A stretch of DNA of 64,000 bases from positions 2,604,001-2,668,000 of the forward strand of contig JAQGDQ010000003.1 in NCBI GenBank assembly GCA_030141605.1, in the 5' to 3' direction. The stretch's first letter is position 1, and every line of letters begins with the position of its first letter. Shown one piece after another: positions 38,201-49,272 of this stretch. Source of the DNA: Tubiluchus corallicola (lineage: Eukaryota; Animalia; Priapulida). A program made the position numbers and the translations under genes. The notes under the pieces are model-generated. The model was not told where the DNA came from and made no database searches. It saw only the letters and a list, made by a program, of their open reading frames with translations.

Positions 38201-41200
38201 CAACTCAAATGTGATTCTGATTTGACTAAATGTACATGAATCGATGGGTATGATTAGATAGCCCATAGGATATCATAATTATATATCATCTTATGTAAAA
38301 AATCTTGCCATAAATGTTTAGCAAACTAACAATATAAAAATCAAAATCTAAAAGACACTGGTAAAACTAGGACAGGAAAGTCACAGAAATCTGAAGGAAG
38401 TGTTTTTACCTGCAGCCTTTCTATGGCAGCTTTCATATTGTCAATATGCTTGGAAAGAATAGCATTTTGCTCTTCATACTCTGTATTCACTCTTCGAAGA
38501 GTTCTGAGCTCTGTTTCTCGTGCTGAAATTGCAAACTTTATTACACATTTTATTCATTCAAGTATTTATTCAATGTACCATCATTGGCATCAAAACAGTG
38601 TTATGTGACACTGCAATGATAATTTGTGACAATATAAAAATAAGAGATTTTGGATGTGCACTTGTTAATTGTACATTGTTAAAGGAAAATAATCAAATTG
38701 GTAAACTGGAATAAGTGAGTAAAACTAGTGAACGGCAATAAATTTTATAAAGAAAATACCTGTGTTGCAAAAACTATTTTTAAAGATTTCAGATTTTAAA
38801 AGTTGCAGTACATGAAAAAAAATTTCCTATTCCAAAAGTAAAAAACCAGGTAATCATAAATAACTTCAGTTCATTCTAAATTACGGAAAATAAATGAATC
38901 ATTGTAGCCAGCACTGGTATGCATTCTTTAGTGAGGAATAATTTCAGAAAGCATTAATTATGGTCCCAAATTACAAACGATTTCTATTAAGTGAAAGCAC
39001 AGAGATTTTTCATTTAATCTTCTTTCCCTTGATTGTATGAGTCATCTAAATTAAACAAAAACGTGTCACTACTAAGCAAATTATGTTCATCTACTCAACA
39101 ACACCACTTGCCTCCATGGCAGCAAAAGCAGCAACCATAATCCATATATGCATTCCACTACCGATCACTCACAAACATAACAACTAGCTGTACACAGTAA
39201 AATAATCCATATAATAACACATTCAGCCATCATTACAGTTACCCTAATTATAGTAATGAAACTTCATAATTCATGAAAGCTATGTATATGGAAAGTCATT
39301 CAGACATTTCACCTGTCATAACAAATATAAATCAAACGGCGGGTTAGCTAGTTTCCAAGTAACCTCTACATTAATTGAGAGAACACTTTATACTTTTACA
39401 ATCATTTTACAGTCAACCCAAAGGTTGCATTTGATATTTCTGTGTGTAACTGGTGCGTAAAGAAACACTACCAAAAACTCATGCAAAGATAATTTTTACA
39501 AAATCAATGTACAGCACTTCATCGTGGCTATGTTGTAACTGGTAAGTTGGTGACTGGTGATGTAATCTTAATGGATATATTTGTACATCAGTAAAAGGTA
39601 TAAATGTCAAAAGGTGCATACCAAGTCAACTAATTAAGTAAATTAAATATGTAATGCGATTTGAGTATAAGAAGGTTTAACTAATAGTTTTAGTTAGATG
39701 ATCACATTCAGCTAACAAGTTGCTATGAAATGGCACAAATTTAGATGACATACTAAGAAACTTAACAAGGAAACACCAATATTTACGACTTATAACTTAA
39801 TAGTTGCACTACTTTTGCATAAAAGTGGTTATTAAATTTCATTTCAAGATTAACTGAATAAAATATTATTAAAGTTTCCAAACTTAATGAAACTTGAGCA
39901 AAAAGAAAAATAAAGAACAAGTGAACCTGGATTTGATCTGCGATGTTTGGATTAAAAATCTTAAGTAGATTCCAAAAATATAATAAATGTGAGTTAATTA
40001 TGCCGCCATTAACTAAAGATCTTGAAAGTAATACTAATAAGTACATACTTATTTTACTAAATTTCTAGTATGCAATGCAAAATTCTGTATTTCAGTTTAG
40101 AAGAAAAACACAAATGAAATCTACCAAACTTAGGAATGAAAACAAAATGTGTCATTATTTGTTTGCTACTACATTCAGGTATGTGATGTTACATAAACAG
40201 TTATCGGAGTTCACTAATCATACAAAATGTGTCATTATTTGCTTGCTACTACATTCAGGTATGTGATGTTACATAAACAGTTATCGGAGTTCACTAATCA
40301 TACAAAATATGTCATTATTTGCTTGCTACTATATTCAGGTATGTGATGTTGCATAAACAGTTATCTGAGTTCACTAATCATACATTCGTTCATAACAGTA
40401 ATCACTACATTTTGTCGTACAAAAGTACCAGTTACTTCAAAAATCAATGCATATGAGACTTCTATTCATATTCCTTTCTGGCCTACTATTTTGATATTTT
40501 GCTAAAAATTATATAAACCCATTCAGACTACATCATTCATAATTTGGCTAGCTTCATTTGGTTTTGCAGTTGACAGCCTTGCCACAAGACTGAAATACAT
40601 TGGATGTTATGCAGATTATAGTTTTGACAGAGATTTTCCAGTTCAGTTATCACTCAGCAATCAGGCTGAATGTGCTGAAATCTGCAAAGATTTGGGATAC
40701 CACTTCATTGGATTACAAGGAAGTATATGCCACTGTGGATTAAAATACGGTTTTTATGGAATAGCTAATGGCTGCGAGACACCTTGTCATGATGCTGAAC
40801 ATTTACTATGTGGAACTCTGTTAGCGAACTCTGTTTACAGAATAATAAAAGGTACGAAATATGAGTGAACCTATGTTTCAAAATATTTTTCTTTTATCAT
40901 ATATTGTTTTCATAACTGTTCAAATTTTTCCTTAGTTTTTTATTTATTAGTTTATCCTTTCACTGAAATGTGTTTGAAAGTATGCAAAAACCATCATAAC
41001 AGCAGCAACAAAAGAAATTCTTAATAAGGGATACCCGTGTCTTTATAGAAACTCAATTTTTTATATATAATCAAGCTTACAAATCTGATTAGGTGGTGTA
41101 ATATAGTTTCTTAACCTCCCGATTCTATGGCTAATAAGTATATGGAATCAACACTTTGCTTGAACAACCTTGAGAAGATCCTAAGTAAAATTTGCTGAAG

Positions 41201-44200
41201 AAAGCTGAACTTGCTGGTACACGAAAAGATTTACACAAAAATCCCTTCCTTAGTTACATAATTCTTTTAAGTGTGTCTCACAACTGGAGTGGACCTAGAG
41301 AACTAAAACTGCTTCTTAGAGCAAATGTCGTTCCCTCGGAGTGTATCACGATCTGGTGTGAACCTCGAGAACTAATTCTGTCCTCTACAGCAACTGCCAT
41401 AAAAATTTACTTTCTCCTAGATCTGTTTTTTGGGTGAGAACATCAAGAACTTAAACTGATACTTGCAGCAACTGTAGCAAAAATGTAATATCCTGTAGGC
41501 ATGATTCACTCCTGGTGCAAATCTCGAGAACTAACATTTCACTTACAGCAACAGCTGGAAAGCATATAATCTCTCAAAGTACGCTTCTGTCTAAGTGTGG
41601 ACATTGAAAATTAAAACTGTTTTTCGAGCAGCGGCTACAAAATGTGATTCCCTCTTAGTGTGTTTCAGTACAGGTGTGGATCTTAGGAAGAAAGGAACTA
41701 AGATTGTTCCTTATATGTAATTCCTTACAGAAACTGCCACAGATATAAAAAATTATTTTCAACTAGCACACCACTGCACATAAAAAAGTATTAAATTCAT
41801 AGTGTACAATTCAGATAAATTTACAAGTATCCGAATTTCTGAAAAATTTTCACTTACTGGCATACCCTGAAGAGAAAGACAATCAACTGAGCCTGTTCGA
41901 AATAATTTTGCTCCAAACATAAAAACAAAAGGTACTTACTGTAAAATAGTAACGGTGACTTATTATTTGTTGCAGATCAATGTAAATATGAAGCAACTGT
42001 GATAAAAAAATATTCATCAAGAGAAATTGCACAAAATGCTACTGCAACAGTAATGGATGCTACTTGCTTGTTACACTGTTCACAGCACTGCTCAAATCAA
42101 CCACAATGTTATGCATTCATTTGGAAGAAAAAGCAACCAGGAACCCACAGGTGCAATCTATTGTCAACAGATGCTAATGTGTGGCCACAAATCATTCAGC
42201 CAGGAACTGTATTATTTACTTTAGCTCGAGATAAAGTTACAACAAAATTGAATAATACATCTAGTCCTGTTCTTGGGTAAAGTCCAGTATAGGTTTTAGG
42301 ACTAACGAATCAATCAACTTTTTTTAGCCCTTTAATATAGTCACCTGAGGTAAAAAAAACTTTGGTAGACTTTCTGTAAGTGAGGCCATGCTGCATGGCA
42401 GTAGTTTTAATATGGAGCAAAATCAGTTCAGCAGAATGGTGAAAAACTAGAAGGCTTTCCCTTAAAAGCTTTAAACTTCGTAGACCATTAGAACTCAAAA
42501 TGTGGCTGCCAGTAGCTTATAAAGACCATATCATAGCTATCAGAGCAGGAAGGATGATGATTTTGGTGTCTAAATATAGCTTTTCAAGGTCAAGGAATTC
42601 ATAACTGGTGCTTAAATGCTCCTATGATATCATCCTATTTAGGATTTCAAGATAGCTGGCAAGATGGCCACACATCTTTGCTGCATTAATAATCAAGATA
42701 CAGTCTTTTTAAGCTAGTGGCAACCATCTTGTTGGGTATATTAAAAATATCGGCCATATTAAAAGATTTTTAATTGGCATATTAGAAGATTTTCAATTGG
42801 TTTTCAATAACAGACTACAAATTTCACTAAAACAATAAACTCTTTACAACTGGCTCGGTTTTAATAGAATTTGTACAAACACAAAAAAAATTTCTTTCAA
42901 AATGGCAATTTTTGGTCTTTAAAAAATGGTTCTAAAATTGAATAGCCACCATTATGTGATGTCTATCCAAGACTTTTATGATGTGGAAGAATGCCAATAA
43001 TCACAACTACTAGTTTCGTTAGTCAGCCCAAATATTCCTACACAAGTCAATCCAGTAACTAGATTATTCCTGAAAACTTCAAGTTATTAGCCATCACTTG
43101 ATAAGTGATGAGTAAAGTTCTGGCAACTGTTAAAATAAAACTTGAGAGAATTTGCAGTCAGACCATCACTCTGTTTATATAAATAAATTTCCTGCTATAT
43201 ATTTAAACAACCCAGAAGATACGTCTAAAAGAGTCATATAGAAAAAGAAACAGTACCAGGCTACTCATCTTCAACAGTGTTACTAGCCAGTTTACCTTTG
43301 TTGTGATCAAGGAATTCTTCTGTAAAAATGGGAATGTCAAATCCTGACAGTTCATCTTCTTTCTGTCCGACCTATAAAGTTGATGACAAGCATGTGGTAA
43401 AACTGATATTGCTAAAAACCATTTTTAAAGTCCTGTGCGAGGAGCGTCATAAAATCTATTCGTTCATGTTTTTGTTGTTAACTCTTTCCCAACAGGTACA
43501 TACTTTTACCCGTCATCTGTGACAGGTAAACACAAAGCTTTATTAACTAAGCTTTCAAGCCTCCAAATTCAATGAAATTTTGAAAAAAACAGCTAATTTA
43601 CAAGTGAATCACACAAGAACAAAATAAGTTCAGTTGTTTTCTGCATTTTCTGTATTTGAACAAGTTTTTTGCAAACTAAAGGATGAAAGTTTTGCTTTGC
43701 ATTTATACAGCCACTCAGCGTAGCAGCGACAATCTGCCCTGCTGCTCATGAGCTGGTTTATCATTAGCACTGCTAAAATAATTTTTGTGGCACCTGGGTG
43801 TGTGTTCACACAAAGTAACAGCAGCAGTGCTCAACAGTTTTGTAAGCAGACTTGGTGCTTCATTTGCTACTCCTAAAACTTATCAGTGATTAAAATAAGA
43901 GCTGTTATATTGGGAACTGAAGACAATGAATTTATATAAATGATAATTCACCTGAGAGTGTCTGGAGAATAAAGCTAATTTCGCTATAATTAGCACATAT
44001 TTAATTAAGTTATGTTATTATGTGAAAAAATGTTAGCATTTTATGTCTTTTTTTAAGTTTTTTAAATGATTTCACAGTTTGTTCACACTAGCAGTTACAG
44101 TTATTGGGCAGACTGGGACTGTAACCAGTTAGAAGCACGTAGTTGTAGTAATTTATGTATTTTTCACTTGCTACCAAGAAGAATGCTGTTAGACTTTGTC

Positions 44201-47200
44201 TTTCAACCAGTGCAAAATTCATTACAAGTAAACAAATTCAATGCCGGAATAAAAAAGCAAGTAAATAAATAGTGCACTATATGTACACAGCTATTTACAG
44301 GGGATGCTGGCTGTCACTCGAATAGCGTACAGGTCTGTCGTTGTAATTAACTACATCCAGCGCAGGGCAGACTCACCTGCAGCTAGCGTTTACATTGTCG
44401 TAAGATTCATAACACCTTGGCAGCTTTGAACAACTGTCAAACTTGCAAAGTTAGAGTGACTAAATACTTTTTGCAAAATTTTTTGCAGAAAAGAATGCGC
44501 TAGTCTACAGTTTTATGTTGAACAGTTTAGATACAAGTGATCACTTGGAAGCTAGAAGGCTTTGAAACGAAACATCTGGGAAAATTCTACAGACTTTTCG
44601 TATTTTCCTTTTAATTACTCAACTAGATAAAAAATCAAAACTGTTTATTTGTGGCGCTAGAAAGAAAATTTAATTCTCTTTCAGAAAATAAGTGGTTTTG
44701 CAATAGTATCTCATGCAATTAAGCTGTTATGGGCATTTTTGTTCAGGGATGTCAAAACTACAGAAATATTCGCCAGAGTTACGTCACTTTAAACAAAAGT
44801 TACCAAAGTTATGCAACATGTAAGAAAGCCACAATTTCGCTAACACAAGCACTCAATTCCTGTTCCAAGAGTATTATATCAAGGCACTTTTAATAATATT
44901 TGAAATAATTTTAAGAAGGTAATGTTAATTTGAAAAATTTTGGTATAGCATGGTATTGATATTAATTTGTTTAAAAACTAATGACCCATATCAAGTTGCT
45001 CAAGATTATGTGCATGAAAATGCAATGACATAGTTAGAGATTGCAAATGTTGCCGTCAAATAAATACCGAAGGACAGGAATGGCCCAAGAGTAAGATCAA
45101 GCTGAAGAATAATCAAAATGACGTCGCCCAAAATGTACAGCATTGAGGTGGGAGACAGACTGATTCTTTAGAAAGAAGAAACTGCTATAAAAGTGTGATA
45201 AAGTATCTGCACAGTTCAGAAAGCTTTATGGAATTCTCGCTTATACAGCATAACCAACCAAGATCAAGCATGTAACCTTTTTACATAGAAATAAGGACAG
45301 CTGGTGAGCTGTAATTTAGGTGCACTAGTCAACTGAAAAGTTTTGAACAAATTCATATAAAATATAACTTTTATACGTCAACTGCTTAAAAATTCAACAT
45401 TAATTATATCACACAAATGATATTAAATATTTTGCAATTTTTGCCAATTAGCAGTTATGCAAAAAAATTTATACCTCAGTGTCGACTGACTGCTTGCTAG
45501 CTCTGCTAGTTTCGTCAGCAGCTTGCCTTTTCTCAGACTGTTTCTTTAAAAAAAGTTTATAAGTTTCGGTCTGCTGATATTGCTCCAGTTCTTTCTGATA
45601 GCGTTCCCTATCTCTGTCTGCCTCATCCAGATAGCGCTGCAAATTAATACTGAATGTACACAGAATATTTCTCATTAGTAAATCTGGTAGTGAACTACTG
45701 ACAAGATATGGTATTTCTTACGCTAAGTTCCCATCGCAAAAAATATGATTGATCCTAGTACACAAAGTAAATAAAATTAAGAGCAAAAAAATTAAAAACT
45801 GGTTATTTGCAGTTTTTTCAAGAAAAGAGAAAGCTTTTTACTTATATTTTTTACTTTGAGATAAAGTGATGGTGGAAGAAATTACGCATACACATTGCAC
45901 ATACACAAAAGTTTATCCTTGCCCACCGTAAGTACCTTAGAAAAGCTACTTGATTAGTAGCACTTGTACGCACTGTAAATTTGTAAATGGCATAAGTAGA
46001 ACACATGTAGCTGCATTATAGTGAATGAAAACAAATATCCTGTGAAATATGAAAAAGGAATTGGCAAATCTTTTTCCCAGGAATAAATTTTGTTATGCAG
46101 CAACGATGAGTAGAATGCAAATAGACCAAGAAATCCATTTATTTAATTGTTTGTGGCAATTTCAATTCTGTACCTGTTTCTCTTCTGCAGCAAGTTTACT
46201 CCATTCGACAGCAAGCAACTTGGTCAAATCGGCAAACGTTGCCGCTGGATTATCAGCACGAACCTTTTCTCTTCTATCATTTAAGAATCTTACATAACCT
46301 AAAAAGATTGGTACAATATAATATTATCCTCACCTACAGAACCTGATTACTGCCTACGGCTCTATGCTTTAGAGCCCTAGACCCTAATAGGCCCACAGCC
46401 TAAACCTATATAATTAACAAATGACCTATTTTTTCAACAACTTAATTATGATGAGGAAAATTGCAAAAATTAAGAAAATTGTGTTTGAATAGTAACACAG
46501 GATTGCGAAATTGAAAAGATAAAACAAATGAAATGTGGAATATCTTGACTAACTTCAATTTGAACCAGGAATTTTTAGCATTTCTTAGTTCACATGTTTA
46601 CATTTGCTTTCTTTCCAACAAATAATAAATTACCTAAATTTAATAACTGAGAGTAACGAGTTAATTCTATTACTAATAAGTTTACAGGTAATAGTACAAT
46701 CCTTATAATTTACATTTATAGTACATTATTTTCCTATTAGAAGTACAATAACTAGGAACAGTACCGCAGTCTGATTTATTACAGTTGTACAGTTAAAAAA
46801 CACTTAAAACCAATTAAGCATTTTATTTTTGATTAGCAAACAAAATAACCAAATGTGATATTAGGCAATATTTATTACAGGCAGATAAAAACGTTTATAC
46901 TTAAAAACAACACAACTTTATTAAAAACTTTTACATTAAAAAGTTAAAGGTTAAAATCATTCCAAACATCTCAACTAGCTGCTGCTGTCATCATCAGTGG
47001 TAAATTTACCGCTGACGATGACAGCAGCAGCTAGTCGAAACGTTTGGCATTATTTTAACTTTTTAGTGCAAAAGTTTTTAATAAAGTTGTGTTGTTTTTA
47101 ACTATAAATGTAATGTTATCAAAATGTGTAGAAAACTCAAATTTAATTAATCATTAAATACTCATACAAGTGCAAAGCTTAGACTTGATACTTAGGCTTC

Positions 47201-49272
47201 ATCATTTCAAAATGGATAATATTGAAATTTTAGAGAACCATTCTAAAACACATTCTTAATCTATTGTCACAGCTGAGTCACTAAATACTCCAAAACATGT
47301 TATTCTGTATTTTGATAATAAACAATCTAAAAACAACTCTATTCCTCTATTTAGATGAGAGACGTTAAAATATATGGCCAATTACAAGCAAGTCAAAATG
47401 GTAGATGCTTCAGATTTTTACATATGAAAGTAAGCAGACAAAATGGCTTTACTAATTAACCAACATAAACACTTACTAACTACAGATTTCTTTTCTAACT
47501 TTACAAATGTACACGAATTATATATACATATATTATACCAGTTAATGGCTGTTTAGGTGCATTTTCGTCTTTTGGTCGCTTTCGTTTTTTCCCTCTTGGC
47601 CATCCACCTTTACGTTGTTGTTTCTATTTAAAAAAATATATATACATGTATATAGTTTCAGTGAGAATTTCATCTCATATTGCATCACATTTTGCTATGT
47701 ATATGACTGACTGCAATGCAGTTTTAAATTTGTATAACATTTACTGTTCAAAATTGAAAAATGAACCAAAATACAAACAAAACCGAAAGTTTGAAACATG
47801 TCGTTTAATGTTGTTAAATTATTTACATTTTATGAAAAGGTTTTCAAGATCGTCATCGAACGACTGCTACTCGACTCGTGTCATGGGTGCTATTTGCCTA
47901 ACAGATCTAACAATAGAGTTGTATAATAGAGTCTAACAATAGATCTAACAATAAATTTGTGTGTCCAATGTTCCATTCCAAAAATTACAAACTCAAGTTA
48001 CATTAAAAACTTTCAGTTGTCTCAACAGGTCACTTCAGGTTATCATCTTTAGATATTTAAGTGTAATAAGATACTAAGTAACAAACACCATAGGTCATTT
48101 TATATAAACTTACCAGATACGTAACTAGAAAAAGTAAAAGCAGTATTGTTACAGACCAACAGAAATTGACCAGCGATCATCACCAATCATTAGTTTCAAA
48201 GTCAACACCTTGGACAGTTTACACTTTATAGAGATACATAGCAAAATCATTTGTGTACTTTTAATGTGGTAAATTTTAAATTTTATATATTTCATGTAAC
48301 AAATATCTACAATATCAGAATATATCACCATAGAATTTGTGGTTAATTAGACTTACATCAGTTGCATCTGTTACATCAGAAACAGAAGCTGTACTATGTG
48401 TTTCACCCTGCAGTATTTCCACTTGTGACAAATCTGCTATCTGCTCTGGATTAATAAGGGTCATATCTACTGTGGTAGGCATCCTATGTCTAAAGTTAAA
48501 ACATCACAAGTTTAACCTGGCATGATATCTAGTCAATAACAATACAAAACAAGCTTCAAATATATAAACAATTTGGCTGCGATTACAAGCACATGTATAG
48601 CTACATGAAAAATTCAAAGGGTGATTTGCAAAAATTAAGGAGTTCACTTTTTTAATGCAGGTTTTTAAATATTATGTTCTGCTTGCATCAACCTTGCTAT
48701 TTGTTTGGAGGCTGGATCGCGCCACATGTATTTCCTAGCTGAGCACGAGGCACGTTTTTGCAAGTGGCATCTTCCAGTCAACAGTGTCAGTTGAAAAATA
48801 TTCTAATTTTAATTATTATCAACTATTTAACGCATCGTGTTAACTTTTTGTCACTGTTGTTTTTCATACATTGTCGGTTATTTTTTTAAGTATTCACTTA
48901 TCTTGTTCTCGTCTCAATCGAACCTAAAATTTTGTTCATCAAACTCCAGGACTAAATAGATGTCATTCATGTAATTTCATTCATATGTCGCGTGTCGTGT
49001 ACCAAACACTTATTATAAGACATTCTTTCTTGCTAATATTTAGCAAAAAAAACATACACTTTAAATATCTCCCTAAACATACACATACATCTTGTAGTTG
49101 TAAATATATGCCCTAAATATAGAAGCCACACTTGGAGAAAAGTAAACAACAAGAAAAAATGTAACTATTTGAAATGGAAGGAAAATACATACCTAATAGG
49201 TACAGATATATCGACATGACTGGTAGTTTTCGAAGCAATTTCTCCACCTTCTGTTACTATAGGACTCGACAT
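35247..49272 (-). CDS. HMG20A: HMG20A/HMG20B (iBRAF/BRAF35) HMG-box protein; 9 coding exons, 337 aa
   Basis: Exons 49272-49193, 48483-48357, 47623-47539, 46298-46174, 45636-45475, 43371-43296, 38522-38410, 36144-36042 and 35389-35247 are in frame (1014 nt). Motifs: GGWPRGKKRKR..DENAPKQPLTGYVRFLNDRR (HMG box), [53 protein letters not shown]. Confidence 0.95.
35447..35747. repeat. 150-bp tandem duplication (2 copies) in the last HMG20 intron
   Basis: AATGTAAATTTACACTACCAAG...AGTATGTACA begins at 35447 and again at 35597, with few substitutions. Confidence 0.95.
36418..36941 (+). mobile_element. Internally deleted hAT (Buster/Charlie-type) transposon, 524 bp
   Basis: TIRs CCTCAGTTCCCAAC / GTTGGGAACCGGGG and an 8-bp TSD TCTTAGTG (nnnTAnnn, Buster-type) at 36410-36417 and 36942-36949. 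The internal remnant MVTIKTKGRNHLDNFGNMRVSLLKIEL*FKKLVSAMQQHRSH* resembles the hAT C-terminal dimerization domain. Confidence 0.92.
40136..42280 (+). CDS. Secreted WSC-domain + PAN/Apple-domain protein nested antisense in an HMG20 intron; 3 exons, 209 aa
   Basis: Exon 1 40136-40178 (MKTKCVIICLLLHS, signal peptide). Exon 2 40570-40851 (VDSLA-TRLKYIGCYADYSFDRDFP...ECAEICKDLGYHFIGLQGSICHCG...CETPCHDAEHLLCG..LANSVYRI, WSC). Exon 3 41976-42280 (CLLHCSQHCSNQPQCYAFIW...CNLL, PAN/Apple). Both introns are phase 1; the ORF track missed the WSC exon. Confidence 0.85.
40142..40384. repeat. 80-bp tandem repeat x3 spanning exon 1 and the donor of the nested gene
   Basis: Units begin at 40142, 40222 and 40302; each contains CAG|GTATGT. 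Confidence 0.95.
41285..41720. repeat. Degenerate ~80-bp tandem array (about 6 units)
   Basis: Recurring GTGTGRAYCTCGAGAACTAA...CAGCAACTG..AAAA at ~41289, 41357, 41434, 41516, 41596 and 41673. Confidence 0.7.
46891..47111. mobile_element. Spacer-less palindrome of a Penelope-like (PLE) terminal repeat with two minimal hammerhead ribozyme motifs
   Basis: ~110-bp arms centred on GGTAAA|TTTACC (47004/47005). The + arm reads CCG-CTGACGA-T-GAC-agcagcagcta-GTC-GAAA-CGTT-TGG, then AATAAA and a T/G-rich tail. The - arm has CCA-CTGATGA-TGAC...GTT-GAGA-TGTT-TGG. Confidence 0.75.
47009..47047 (+). ncRNA. Minimal type I hammerhead ribozyme motif
   Basis: Stem I CCG/TGG, core CUGACGA plus an extra U, stem II GAC/GUC, GAAA, palindromic AACGTT stem III, and predicted cleavage after GUU at 47044. 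Confidence 0.65.

Noticed and set aside
40142-40384. Regular repeats resembling a CRISPR array
   Set aside because: The units are contiguous 80-bp copies without unique spacers, the context is eukaryotic, and there are no cas genes.
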